From: the human T2T-CHM13v2.0 reference genome, Homo sapiens | Assembly: GCF_009914755.1 (NCBI RefSeq) | Contig: NC_060926.1 | Reading direction: 5' to 3' (one strand) | Length of the DNA: 64,000 nt | Part shown: piece by piece, positions 24,337 through 40,200 of the stretch | Layout of the letters: each line of letters begins with the position of its first letter | Numbering within the stretch: the stretch's first letter is position 1 | Notes under the pieces: model-generated | The model's input: only the letters and a program-made list of their open reading frames with translations | What the model was told of the DNA's origin: nothing | Database searches by the model: none | Translations under genes and position numbers: made by a program

Positions 24337-24738
24337 TGCTATAGTTTGAATGTGTCTCCTCCAAAATTCATATTGAGATTGAATCCCCATTCTGATTGTA
24401 TTAAGAGAAGGAGCCTTTTGTAAAATAATAAAGGTATGAAGGATCTGTCCTCATTAATGGATTAGTGCCTTATAAAAGGGCTAGAGGGAACGAACTTTGG
24501 CCCTTTTTGTTCTTCTGTCTCTTGCACCATGTGAGGAGACAGTGTTCAGCCCCACCAGAGGATGCAGCAACAAGATGCCATCTTGAAAACAGAGAATAGC
24601 CCTCACTAGACACCAAATATGTCAGCCCCTTAATCTTGAGCTTCTCAGTCTTCAGCACTGTAAGACAATAAATTTCTGTTCTTTATAAATTACCCAGTCC
24701 ATGGTATTTCGTTATTGTAGCACAGAAAGACTAAGCCA
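24337..24738 (+). mobile_element. MaLR solo LTR (MSTD/MLT1A-like)
   Basis: Starts TGCTATAGTTTGAATGTGTC and ends GACTAAGCCA, with a perfect 5-bp TSD AGCAC (24332-24336 / 24739-24743). Confidence 0.9.
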
Positions 24739-26135
24739 AGCACCAAACTGCTTTTACCTAGAAGGTGTGTGCTAAGTTTACCAAAATGTGCTATAGGCAG
24801 AAGATAAAGGAAGTCAAATCCTAGGGCTTCCTATAGCAGGGAGTCTGAGAGGAGACTCCCTCACGTTAATTTGGAACACGAAGAGTTGCGTACCTAATAT
24901 GAAAGTTATCCATAAGCAATGCCTTGTAAGTACCACAAGAACAATTGAGAGAAAAGAAAGAAAAGATTTTAAAATGTTCTTTGAATAAATGTTGTCTCTG
25001 GCAAAACTTCCAGTAGATTTGCTTTCTAGAGGTTCCCAAGAATGCCAAGTTTATCCTGGGTTAAAAGTACTTTCTATTCATCACAACTGCATGCACTAGT
25101 TAGAAGCAAATGTAAGTCTGGCAGAATGTGCCTTCATTTGGGGCCTCAAAAAATATACTTTTTCAAGGGCAATTGGAGTACACAGACAAAAGGAACAAGT
25201 ACAAAAAAGAAATAGGGTACTCATGTAAGCCAGAACCAGCAGAAACAGCAGACAGTAAACAGAGATGTGCATCAGATATTGAAATTACCAGATACAGTTC
25301 ATAAAGCAACAACACTTACTATGTTTAAAGACATGAAAGATACATTTCAAAATATCAGTAAGGAATAGAAAACTATACAAATGTAAAATACAATGAGTGG
25401 GAGCTCTCCTGCCATCAATAGCAGATGACATTATTTCAGACCAACCATCTCAGGGAAAACAATTGCAAAATTTGGACAATATATTTATAAACATATTTAT
25501 ACGTATTTTTCCTATCTCCTAAATATTATATTGTCCAAATATATATATATAATTTTAACAAAAATTATGTATACATATGTCCAAATTATATATATTTAGG
25601 AAAAGGAAATATATATGTATATTTCCCTATTCCATACTGATATTTAAGTGTATATATACATATATATAAATTATATATAAATGTATATATGAAATCATTT
25701 TGAAGAAATTAGAGAGATACCAAGGTTCTAAGAAGAGAATAAAAGCCTAGCAAGGTGAGCCCTGTAACTGAGACTGCAGGGTGATGGCAAATTTCATGCA
25801 GGGATTTTGCAGGGACTGAGAAACTGAGCAGATATTTTAACAGATGTGCTAAGTTGAAAAAACAAAAATTAGAGTTCAAGAAGAGATGACCTCATATATA
25901 CCTCAGGTTTTCAGTTTGGATTTCAAAAGGTTACATTCTAAGAGTAAGTGAAAACTGAAAATAAACCAGTTCTCACAAGTACCAAAGCTCAGTTTCAAAT
26001 CACTTCAATTTCTTATAGGGTTGAGGTGACTCTGTATTATTAATGTCTCTACTCTAACTGCCTGTCAGAAGCAAAGGTAAATGCATTCTGGAGAATGAGA
26101 AGGTCATCCAGAGACTTTAGATATGTTTGCAGTCA

Positions 26136-26506
<371 letters not shown>

Positions 26507-28776
26507 AAAAAACTTGGAGAATATACAAACCACACAAGAGTCCTAAAGAAGATCTATGTAGTGGACCTCAGAGATGCTGAATTAAAAAAAAAAAACTGTA
26601 ATTAATACATCCTAAGAAGTAAAAAACAATACTGATGATGTTAGCAGAAAATTGGTAACCTATAAGTACAAAAAAGAACCAACTGAAAATTCTAGAATTA
26701 AAAAGCACAACTTGAAAACAAGAACTCAAACAGACTTAACAAAAATTTGGATAAAGCTGAAAGGACTGTAAACTGAAAGATAAATTAGAACATAATACTA
26801 AAACTAAATTATAAAGACATAGAAGGATAGAAAATACAAAAAAGAACATGAGATAATTAGACATGATGAAAGTGTCTGAGTTCCAGAAAAAGAGAGCGTC
26901 AGAATAAGTATTTCATGAGAAAATGACTGAAATTCTTCAAAAATTGATATAATATTACAAAAAACAGATATGAGTGAAACAATACATTTCAATAAGAATA
27001 AATATAGGTAAAACACCTTTGTACATTTATTATAGAACTTATGAAAACCAAAACAAGAAATATATTTAAAAGTAGCTAGAGAAAAAAGGCATATTGCATG
27101 CAAGGAAGCAACAATAAGACTAACAGCTATTAAATAAAAAGTATGTAAGCAAGAAAAATCAAATAATATGGCATCTTGAGAATGTTGATGGAAAACAACT
27201 ACCAACCTAGGATTCTATATCCATTTAAAATATAAGCAAACTATAGGGTTTTATTTTTTAAAAAAACTCAAAGAATTTATTAACAGTGAATTCATACTTA
27301 AGAAAATTTTAAAGGGATTTCTACAGTCAAGGAAAAAAAGATAACAAATGAAACCCAGAGAATCAATAATGTGTTCAGAGCAATTGATAGGGCAGATATA
27401 ATTCTAATTGAATATTGGCTGAGTGGAATAATATATAGTTGAGTTAAAAACTATATGTACAATTAAATACAATTGTGAATGTCAGAAGAAAAATCATATG
27501 TTGTGCTATAGTGCAGTTAGTAAAAGATGAAGCTAACAAGCTAATAGAGGGGAATTTTAAAAAAATAATAATTAAAACAACAAACAGAAAAGAAGGGAAG
27601 AAGAAAGTGAAAGAAACATAGGAGACGTAATACAGAAAAAAATAAAAAAGAACTAGTTAATTTAAACTCAAATATATCCCATATTACATGAAATATAAAC
27701 ATATGTTGTCACATTAAATACAAAAAGTAAAATTCAATATACTTGCTTTCTATTAAGAGTAATACTACAAATATAGGATATATATTTTGAAGTAAAAGAA
27801 TAGGAAACATCTCATGTAAACAATAAAGAAACCTAGTGTAGGTATATTAACATCATTCAAAATACATTTTAAGACCAGAGGCAGTAATAGAGATTAAGAA
27901 AGCCATTTCATAACAATGAAAGGTTCAATTTTAAATGTATTTATTTATCTGAAATATAGACTTAACAATATATAAAGGAAAAACTGACATTTCCAAAAAG
28001 GAAACATAAACAAACTCACAGCTAAAATGGGAGAATCCAAGAAATATAACTTAATCACTGATGAATCAAGTTGAAATGAAAATCCTCAAAAAAATAGATC
28101 TGAATAACAAAATTAATAAATTTGAGCAAATTGACATATTGTAGAAGACTGCATAAAACAATTGTTAAAACTGGAAATATTCTCACCTATAAATAAAAAT
28201 GCAACCAAATTCAAAGGATTTAACCATATAGAATATGTGATCTAACCAAAACAGAATTAACCTATTAATACTAAAAAGATAAAAGAAAATCTATCTGTAT
28301 AGGTACACATGTGGATATAAATTAATAAATACAGCACTAAATAATTCATGAGATGAATTTGAAATCAAATGAAAATTAGAAAATATTTTTAACAATAATG
28401 AAAATAATACTAAAGGTAGAAGGGGAAAGCTAAAGCCATGCTTAGAGAAATAATTTGTAACCTTAAATGAAAAATTAGAAAAGCTGAAATCAATGTTCAA
28501 GCATACTTCTAAAAAAATGAAAGAACAGCAAATTAAATCTAAACAAAATAAAAAGAAAATAACTATAAGAACAAATAAGTGAACTAGAAAAAAAAAATAC
28601 AGGAGATGAACAAAGCCAAAATTTGGTTCTTTAAAAACAATTTAAAATTGGCAAGACTAATTTTCTTAATTAGTCTTACAAAGAAAATAAATAGCCAATA
28701 TTAATAAATATGTGAACATTCTTAACGATTCTGTATACCTCAGAAAAATCACGAGAGTATTTGAACAACTGTATGC

Positions 28777-29336
<560 letters not shown>

Positions 29337-30107
29337 GTTTGCAGACATTTACAAATAAATTTAAATATTTATATTAAAATATTTATTTAAATATTATACA
29401 TATTTAGATTAAATTAAAAATTCCTAGAGAAATAAAACTTGCCAATAAACCACAAAAAGAAAACAGATGCCTCAAGTCCACTGTTAGAGAAAATGCATCA
29501 AGAGAAAAGAAAAATAACAATTTCTCAAATATTTTTATAAAAACATTAAGGCAATAACCTGACGAGGGCATTATCAGAAAGAAAAATTACATATCAATCT
29601 CACTCATGAACATAGACGCAATAATTTGAAACAAAATATAGCAAAATAAATTCAGCAATGTATACATAAGATAATGTATTACAACAAAGTTGGTTTATTC
29701 TGGGGGAAAAGTTTATAATACTCAAAAATAATCCAAATAATACATATTATCATCTATAGAGATATAGAGAAATATTTGAGAAAATTGAATCATAATAAAT
29801 AGCCCTAGCACATTTACAAGAGAAGGAGACCTCCTTATTCCAATAAAGGCTGTAGGACATCTACAGTAAACATTACACTTAATGGTGAAATACTGCAAGT
29901 ATTCCTGTTATTGGGAATGAAATAAAAATGCACGCTGTTACCACTTCTATCCAACAATGTACCTATTACGAGAAGACGAGAAAAGATAAATGGAAGGATT
30001 AAAGACTGTTGAGGAAGAAATAAACTTTCTTATTTTCAGATGATGATTGTATATGAAGAAAATTCAAAAGAATTCACAGGTACTTTAATTGAATTAATAA
30101 ATAAGTT

Positions 30108-30420
30108 GGTCAGGCATGGCGGTTCACTTCTGTAATCCCAGCCCTTTGGAAGGCTGAGGTGGGAGGACTGCCCGAGAGGTCAGGAATTCAAGATCAGCCA
30201 GGGCAACATAATGAGACTTTGTCTATGAAAATAAATAAATGAATAAATATTAGCCAGGAGTGGTAGTCCTGTAGTTCTAGTTAGTCAGGAGGCTGAGGTG
30301 GGAGGATCACTTGACCCCAAGAGCTCAAGGCTGCAGTAAACTATGATTATGCTGCTGCACTCTAACCTGGGTGACAGAACAAAACCTCAACTCTAGTTAG
30401 TTAATTAATTAATTAATTAA
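30108..30420 (+). mobile_element. AluJ with (TTAA)n-converted tail
   Basis: Diagnostic 'gaggtgggaggatcacttga...caaggctgcagt'; tail reads ttagttaattaattaattaa. Confidence 0.9.
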
Positions 30421-33400
30421 CCAAGTACACAAGTTTGGTGGCTTCATGGTCAATATTTTTTAAAGCATCAATTACATACCTATGTAAAAGCAACAAAAAT
30501 TAGAAAAACTAAGTTTTTAAAAAAATATGTGCAGTAGTAAAAAAATCTTTAAATATCCAGAATTAAAATAATAAAAGCTTTGCAAATCTTCTGCATTGCC
30601 AAATAACAAATGTTATGAAGGAAAATTGGAGTGTACAAATATATGGAAGGATATAACATATTCATTGATTGTATTCAACATTTTAAAAAGTTGGTTCTCA
30701 AATATATAGATTCAATAATCCAACCAGCTACCCAGCAGCATTTTTATGAAAATAAGACAATTCTAAGATGTATATTGAAAAACAAAGAATAAACAAAGTG
30801 AGAGGACTTTGCTAGACATTTATTACTGTAAGTACAAAATAATTAATATTGTGGCATTGGTGTAAGACAGAATAGTCCAGTGAAACAGTTTAGAGGGTCC
30901 AGAAACAATCAATATGTGGATTCTTGATTTATGAGAAGAGTGTTACTGCAGATCAGCAGGCAGAAGCTGGTCTTTTCAAAATGTTATATTGGGTCAAATC
31001 GATATCTACAGGGAACCAAAGTAGATGACCTTTTGTTTCCATTAGTGGGAGAGTAAATATTTTGAAGTAACCATATGAAATACAATATAATGAGTTACAA
31101 TGAGTTAAAATACTTTCAATCTTCTTAAAAGTTTTACATAGCTAACAGAAGAATAAGGAACTACCAAGCTGGGTTTAAAAACTATCACCTGTCCAGAGAG
31201 AATAGCTTTTAGCCATAAAGCCATTTGTCTACTTGAAAAAAGTGGTGAGAGGTAAAACTAAGTAAGATTTCGTTTGTCTTAGAAGTTAAGAGTCCTGAAT
31301 GCAACTAAGGTGGAAATCCAGCTACACCAATCCTATTTTGGGTTGAGATTGTGAAGAGCTGCATATTTTGAGTAAAGTGAACCAGAAGTAAACTGGTTCT
31401 CACAGAAACTGCAGCCTAACTTTAGTCTTCTGATTGGCCCAGGAATTTTCAAACATTGAATATGGATAAAGAAAATCAGAGATTGCTATCTTTCCCTAGG
31501 TGCCAGGCAAAAGGAAACAAAAGTTCTAGATAAACGAAAATAGCATTATCCTAAGCCTTAAAATATTTTTTAAAATAATGTTTTAAGTACACATCCAATA
31601 TACCAAGTATAAAAGAGGTAAAACTAGACGAAAAAACCTACAGAAAAAATAAAATGGGCAATATTTACAGACCTACAGAAAATCCAGGTTCTGTGATTAT
31701 TAGACACTATAAAAATTAACACTGTAGAACAACTCATTTTGTTAGAGACAAAAGCTACATTTGAAAAATTCAGAAATGAAGTGGTAAATATATTACATAA
31801 TATCAGATCTGATAAAGAGTCAAGTAAAAATTCTAGAAAAGAAAATTACAAAGACAAAAATTAAGGACAAAATTAAGAACTTAATAGACTTAGGAACTAA
31901 AGAAATTAGAAATGAAATAAAAATCAGAAGAAACTACCCATAATGAAGCAGTGAAAGACAAGGAAAAAGAAAACATAATAGAAAGCAAATATTTAGAGGA
32001 TCCCTGGAAAGGTACAATACATGTGTACATACATACCTAATTAGAGATTCAAAAGGAAGCTTCTTTAAAGTCAGACAGTAAGACTAACAAAAGTTTTCTT
32101 AATACTAAAATTGGAAGCTAAAAGAGAATAATATCATATATTTAAAATACTGATATAAAACAATTGTCAACCTAGAATTTAAAGAACACAATTAATAAAT
32201 TTGACTTATTGGACATACATAGAATTAGAGACTACACATTCTTTTTGAGGACACAAGACTTACAAAAATTGACCATATACTCATATGTACTGACAAATCA
32301 GAAAAATTTCAAATGTTTAATATCGTAGAGCATTTTTTCTCTAAATCAACTGTAATTGCACTAGGAATCAACAACAAAGTAGAATATTACATGTATTTCT
32401 AAATTAAGAAATATTTACATCTAAAGTACTTATGAGAAGATAGATAATATTTTCTACTGACTATTAAAAAATACTACCTAGAAAAATCTGAGTGATATAG
32501 CTAAAGCAAAACCAAGAAGAATATTTATATTTCTGGATGTGCATATTAGTAAAATTAAAAAGCTAAAATTAAGATTATCATCCATCCCAAGAAGAGAAGA
32601 AGAAACAAAACAGAGCTGAAGGAAGAAAATAGTAAAGATAATAGCAAATAGTGAGAAGATTAACAAATGCAAACTTCTTTATTTGAATAAGAAATTGATA
32701 GTCTTCTGTTATAAATGATCAGGAAAAAGAGAATGTATAATAAAGTAATATTAAGGGGGAATGAAAAGATGAATCTTACCAAAGACCCAAAGGACATTTG
32801 AAACAAATAAGCTTTTGCCACAGACAATTATAAAATTAAAAACCAACCAACAAACAAACATGTTTTGAGGCACTGGCAGCAAAGATCACATGACTGCAAT
32901 CCTTGAGAGAAGGGAAGTGCCAAATTAAGCCTCACATTTACCCTTGTTTTCTTCCTGGGCATATTTTCTAATCTGCTGTAAATGGAAGAATTACAAGTCC
33001 ACGAGGCAGAGGAAACAGAGCTGTTAAGGAGACTGAAGTTTGGAAATCAGGAAATTAGAGAGAAGAAAGCATCAATCCAGGAGCAAAAAATATTGATGTA
33101 GTGGTATCATTAAAGCCTTTGGCTAACTATTAACCTGAACACACATAGGACAAGATTTCAGGAATTCTAGCAGAAATTGTTACTGAGGGGCTTAGATTGA
33201 AACAGAAATTTCATATATTGCACAAAATGGGATCGATGTTGGAGATCAACCCCAGCCAAAGAAAAATATCTTTGGTGAATACCCAGGAATTTTTTTTGAG
33301 ATCCTAGAAACACCATGCCCTAGGAGTAAGGCCTATACCACAGAATTAAGGGCAATATCAAAATAGACACACCCTATTAAAGCCTAAAACCAACCCTCCA

Positions 33401-35874
33401 CATGATAATCTAGATTATCCACCTGAAATGCAATTATTGCCCAGAACAAAACTGAACCCTCATCAGTGGGTGATAAAATCCTTGAGATTCTATACAAAAT
33501 ATCATTCACAATATCAAAAATACAATTAAAAATTGCTACACATGCAAGGAAACAGGAGTAAATGATTGATAATCAAAAATAAATTATGTGCTTATCCAGA
33601 AATGCTTCAGTTATTGAAGTTAGCAGACAAGGTCTTGAAAGTAATTATCACTAATATGACAGTAAATTGAGGAAAAGATAGATAAATAAATGAAAATATG
33701 ATATGTTTTATTAGAGCATTACAATCTATAAAAATGGAATTTACATGGTAGAAATACAAAATATAATATTACAAATTAAGAACTCAGTGGATATATTTAA
33801 CAAAAGACTAGGTATATCATAAAATAGGATTAGTAAACTAAAAAACTGGTTATTGAAAACCTTTAAGTTTGATATATAAAGAAAAAAAGAAACCAAAACA
33901 GAAATGTAAGAGGGATATGAGACATTGTAGACATGCACATCTTTTGAAGTCCCAGATAAATAGGAGGTAATGTGATAGACAATACTTAAGAAATAATGGT
34001 TAAAAATTAGAATTTTCTTCATATGATTAAAGATGTGGTTAATGACATCAACTTATATATTCAAGAACCTCAGTGAACCACAAATAGAATAAACAGAAGA
34101 AAAATGACACCAACACATATCATAGTCAAGCTGCTCAAAGCCAAAATTAACTCTAAAAGCAGCCAGAGTGAGAGTAAGGGGCAACTGTTGTTGTTTAGGA
34201 GATAACAATAAAAATAAGAGTTTACTTCTCATCATTAGTCATAAAAGTCAGACGACAATGAAATTACATTGTTATAGTTTTGGAAAATGAAATGCCAACA
34301 TATATTTCTATACCTGGCAAATGTATCTTTCAAAAGTGAAAATGAAATAAAGATATCCTCAGCATAATTTATGGTCAGTGCACCCACTCTACAAGAAAAA
34401 CAAAAGGAATTTCATCAAACTGGAGGCAAATGATCCCAGAAGGAAGAACAGATGTGGAATATTCGAGCAACATGGTTGCTGAAATTATTTGAATACACAT
34501 AGAAAACTGTATGCAATTACTACAGAATATTCATTTTTTCAAATGTATGAGAGATCTTCTAATACAGAAATTATATCCTGGGACATAAAGCAAGTTTCAA
34601 CGCACTCCAAAAAATTGAAATAATAAAATATATTATCTTCAACCATTGTGGAATTAAGTTAGAACTCAATATCTAAATGTTTAGAAATTAAACAACATAA
34701 TTCTAAATAACCATAAGCCCTGAAGGTCCATGTCCTACAAACCTATGTCTGTAAAATCATCACTACTAAAACTTACCTATGAAAAGAGAGAAAACCTTAG
34801 AAGTCATAATGACCTTTAGATAAATTAAATAAGTAATTACACAGCTTTTTACCAAACAAATCAAAGTCTAGATGTTTACCTAAGAATCTAACCATTTAGA
34901 AAGAATGACCACAGTACATAAATTATTCCAAGGAAGGGGGAAAAGTGTCCCCTTTTTCTTGTGAAAGGTTTTCACAGTGGATTAAAAAAACTAATTATAT
35001 GATGTTTACAAGAGGCAAACCATAAATTTCTTTAAATATGAAAAGTTGAAGGTAACGAAGACATAGCAATGATATAAGAAGATCTAAAAAGATATCCCTG
35101 TGAATACTTATTAAAATAAAGCTGGTAGATCTATAATAATATGAAAATAGAGTTTAAAACATGAGCATTTATAAAGGACATTTTACAATGAAAAATGTTA
35201 CTTCATCAAGAACTTATAACAATACTAAATTTGTATCCAGCCAATAACATAGCTTCAAAATATATAAGGCAAAAATAGACAGGACACAAATAAGAAGCGC
35301 AAAAATCTACAGTCATTGTAGGAGACTTTACTACACTTGTTCTCAGTAACTGATAGAACTAAATCATATGATGATTTTCTGGCAATATGAACATATACCA
35401 TAGATGTACCAAAAAAATAAGTTATTTCCAAGTGCCAATGAAATATTTGATAATATTAATATAATGGCTCATTAAAATGCTTTTAAAAAGCTAGCTAATC
35501 AAGGATTAAAGTAATATTTTCACTTAAGGATAATTAAGTGCAAATCAATAGCAAAAAGATAACTAGGAATATTCCCAGGTGTTTGGAAACGATGCAAACT
35601 CTTCTAAATAATGATTTTTAAAACTACCAAAATTAAATATATTTTATTTATTTTACTTCATATAATGTAAAATATGTTTTAGATATAATGAATATGCCAC
35701 TTAATAAAAGAAAACAAAAAATATTAGAAAACAAAAAACCCCAAAAATCAATTATTTGTCTATAAAAAGAAGTAACACAAAGAGCAAAATCAAAGAATAT
35801 AAAAATTTAAAAAAATAACTGCAGAAATTAATAACATGTACAACAAATAACACAGTGAAAAAAATCAACAAGGT

Positions 35875-36369
35875 TGTGGTAGGCTGGATAATGGCTCCCA
35901 AGATACTATAATTCTTGTAGTTTGAATCATATCTTACATGGCAAAAGGAACTTTACATATATGACTAAATTAAGTATTTGGGGAATGGCAGATTATACTG
36001 GATTATCTGGGTGGACCCTAAATATAGTCACAAGTGCCTCATAAGACTGAAGCAAAAAAATACAGACTACAGAGACAGAAGGTGACATGACAAAGGAGTC
36101 AAGGTACCATGCTTTTGACTGAGAAGATAGAGGAAGGGACCACAAGCCAAGAAAAGCAAGGAACATAATTCTGGACGTTGAAACAGGCAAGAAAATTTAT
36201 TACTCCATATAATCACTGGAGGGAATATGATCCTGCGGATACCATAATTTTCAGCCCAGTAAAACTGGTTTTGGATTTTTGGCTTACAGAACTGTAAGAA
36301 AATAAATGTGTGCTGTTTTAAGCCAACATGTTTGTAGTAACATGTAACATAGGAATAAGAATAAATACA
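35875..36369 (+). mobile_element. MaLR solo LTR (MLT1D-like)
   Basis: TGTGGTAGGCTGGATAATGG start, internal 'gattatactggattatctgggtggaccc' and 'agaactgtaagaaaataaatgtgtgctgttttaagcca', ending in ...taataca-like TACA. Confidence 0.85.
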
Positions 36370-37013
36370 AAAGCCGAAGTTTGGCTTAAAAATATATTAT
36401 GGCAAACCTAAGGTTTTTTTTTTAATATTGGGAACAAATAAAATATATCATTACATTGATTTTATATATATTAAAAACATACAGGATTATGATCACAATT
36501 TTCTAATAAATTTGAAATTTTAGGTGAAAGGCAAAATGGCACACACAAAAAAATCTTAAAAATGAACACAAGAAGAAACAGCAAATTTCTCTATTCCTAA
36601 ATCTATTAAGGAATTTGAATATGTTTTTAAAACCCTTCCCACAAATAAATCATCATGGATTGCTTCATCACTTAAGTCTTTTAAACTTCTAAGAAAGAAA
36701 TAATGTCAGTCTTACACCAAGCTTTCCAGTACAAAGGAAAAAGAGAACAATGTTTGAGCATAGCTTAATTCTGAAACCAAAACATGATGAAGCTATTATA
36801 AAAAAGGAAAAGTAGTCACTTCTTGGCCTTTTATCTAGAATCAAGTGTAGAAAGGATAGTTATAGCCTAACTATCATGAATATTGATACAGCAATTTTAA
36901 ACAAAATACTATCAAATAAAATCCAGCAATACATTAAAAAGTATAATACATCACAAAGACATCTCCCCTGCAGGAATGTATAGTTAATTTAACTTTAAAA
37001 ATCCACCAGTGAA

Positions 37014-37282
37014 CTTCAGGAGGCCAAAGAGGGCAGACGATTTGAGCTCAGGAATTCAAGACCAGGTGTGGCAACATGGTGAAACCCCATCTCTCCAAAA
37101 AAACACGAAAATCAGCCAGGCATTTGTGATGCACACCTGTAGTCCTGGTTACTGTGAGAGGCTGAGGTGGGAGGACTACCTGAGCCCAGGAGGCAGAGGT
37201 TGGAGTGAGCCCAGATCATGCCACTGGACTCCAGCCTAGGTGACAGAGTGAAACCCTGTCTCAAAAAAAAAAAAAAAAAAAA
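37014..37282 (+). mobile_element. 5'-truncated AluJ
   Basis: Lacks the first ~30 nt; AluJ right arm 'gaggtgggaggactacctgagcccaggagg'; poly(A) at 37263-37282. Confidence 0.9.
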
Positions 37283-40200
37283 GTGAAGCACTAGATCCAT
37301 AAAAGTTCACTGCCGAATTCTATAAACACTTAAGGAAGAACTTAAACCAATTCTCTACAATCTCTTTCAAAATACAGAAGCACAGGAAGTACTTCCTAAC
37401 TCATTTTATAAGGTTAGAATTCCCCAAATATTGAAACTAGATCAAAAAACTACAAGAAAAGGAAACTACAGATCAAAATCTCTCATGAACACAGAAGCAA
37501 AAATCTGCCAAAAAAAGCAAATTGAATTGGAAAAATGTATAAAAATAATTACACAGTATATGACTAAGTGTCATTTATCCCATGTATGCAAGACTGGTTC
37601 GACATTTGGAAATCAATTGATATATGTCTTAGTTTTTCTGCATTGATATAACAGAATACCACAGGCTGGATAACTATTAAGTAAAAGAAATTAACTTAGC
37701 TAATAGTTCTGGAGGCTGGGAAGTCTTAAGAGCATGGTGCTGGCATTTAGTGAAGGCCTTCTTGCTGTGTCATTACATAGTGAAGGCCATCACATGGCAA
37801 GAGGGCAAGATTATGCATGTTGGCTTAGGTCTCTCTTCCTCTTTTTATAAAACCACCAATCCTATCATGAGAACTCCACCCTGATTAACTTATCTAATCC
37901 TAACTGCCTCCCAAAGGCCCCACCTCCAATCAACATATGAATTTAGGGATTAAGGTTTTAATGCATGCACTTTGAGGATACATTCAAAACACAGCAACGT
38001 ATCTATCATATCAACTGACTAAATAAGAAAAAAACATGATCATAACAATAGATGCAGAGAAAGCATTTGACGAAATGGAAACCTATTCATTATTTAAATG
38101 AAAAAAACCTCTCAGTAAATTAGAAATAAAGGGAAATTTACTCAACTAGGCAAAGAATATCTATACAAAAACAAATGCCCCTACAGCTAACATTATAATT
38201 AATTGTAAGAAATATGAAGCTTTCCTCTATTATCAGGATAAAGGCAAAGATGTACCTTCTTACCACTTTTCAACATTGTACTGGGAAGTCCTAGCTACAG
38301 CAATAAGAAAAGGAAGTGACAGGTAAGCAAATTGAAAGAAAGAAAGAAAACAGTCTTTGCTTGAAGATGATATGATCTGTGTAGAAAATCTGAAAAATAT
38401 TGAAAAAATATGTCCTGGAAATAATAAACATTAATAAGAGGGTTGCAGGATATAAGGTTAATATACAAAAGTCAATTGCCTTTCTTTGTACTAGAAATTA
38501 ACAAGTGAAATTTGATATTAAAATATAGTACCATTTACATTAGCACCCCCAGAAATGAAATATCTAGGTATCGATCCAACAAAATATGGACAAGATTTAT
38601 GTGAGAGAAATGACTAAACTCTGATAAAAAGAAATTAAAAAGAACAAAATAAATGGAGAGATATTCCATGTTCATAGATAGGAAGACTCAACACTGTCAA
38701 AATGTCAGTTCTACCTAACTTGATCAACAGATGCAATGCAATCCCAGTCAAAGTACTGGCAAGTTATTTTGTGACTATTGACTAACTTACTCTAAAGTTT
38801 ATATGGAAAGGCAAAAGACCCACGGTAATTAAAAAATATTGAAAGGGAAGAACAAAGTTGGAAAACTGACACCACCTGACTTAATATACTATCAAGACAG
38901 TGTGGTTTTAGTAAAAAAAAGAGATAGACTAAAACAAAAGAGAGCCCAGAAATAGGTTCACATAAATATAGTCAATTGATTTTTGACAAAGGAGCAAAGG
39001 CAATGCAATGAAGAAAATATAATATTTTCAACAAATGGTGCTAAAACAATTACACATCGACATGCAAAATACATAAATAAATTTAGACACAAACCTTACA
39101 CCCGTATAAAAATTAAGCAAAAATGGCTCACAGAACTAAACATAAAATGAAAAACTATAAAAGATCTTAGAAAATAACATAGAAGAAAATCTAGATGACC
39201 ATGGATTTGGTCATAACTTTTTACTTGCAATACCAAAGGCACAATCTGGGAAAATAAATTGATAAGCTGAACTTCATTACAATTAAAAAGTCCTATTTTG
39301 TGAAAGACACTGTCAAGAGAATGAAAAGACAAGCCACAGATTGGAAGAAAATATTTGCAAAAGGCAAGTATTTTCTTATTATAAGAAAATATCATATTAA
39401 AGGATTAATATCATATTAAAGGATTAAATATCATATTAAAGTATTAAAGGATATTAATGTCATATTAAAGGACTGTTATAAATATATACAAATAATTTTT
39501 AAAATTTAATAAAATCACAATTAGCTCAATTTAAAAGTGGGCCAAAGACTTTAACAGACATCTCACTAAAGAAGATATAGAGATGGCAAGCTGAAATGCT
39601 CCATATCATATTTAATCAGGGAAATTCAAATTAAAATGAAAATAAGAGCCCCCTATGTACCTATTAGCATGGTGAAAATACTGACAGCACCAAATGCTGA
39701 TGGAGATGTAGAAAAGCAAAAACTTTTATTCATTGCTAGTAAGATTTCAAAATTGTATAATCAATTTGGAAGACAGTTTGGTGCTTTCTTACAAAACTAA
39801 ACATAATCTTACTATACAATCCAGCGTTATGATCTTTGGTATTTATCCAAAGGAACTGAAAACTCACGTCTACACAAAAACTTAAACACACACATTTATA
39901 GCAGCTTTAGTCATAATTGCCAAAATTTGCAAACAACTAAGATGTCCTTCAGGAGATAAATGAATAAATAAACTGTAGTAAACAGCACAATAAAATATTA
40001 TTTACTATTAAAAAGAAATGAGCTATTATACCATGAAAAGATAAAGAGGAATCTTAATACATATTATTAAGTGAAAGAAGCAAACATAAAAAGGCCACAT
40101 ATTGTATGATTTCAATTATATGACATAGTGAAAAAGGCAAAAGTAGGGAAATGTAAAATATCAGTGGTTGCTAAGGGTTTGAGGAAGGAGGGATAGACAG

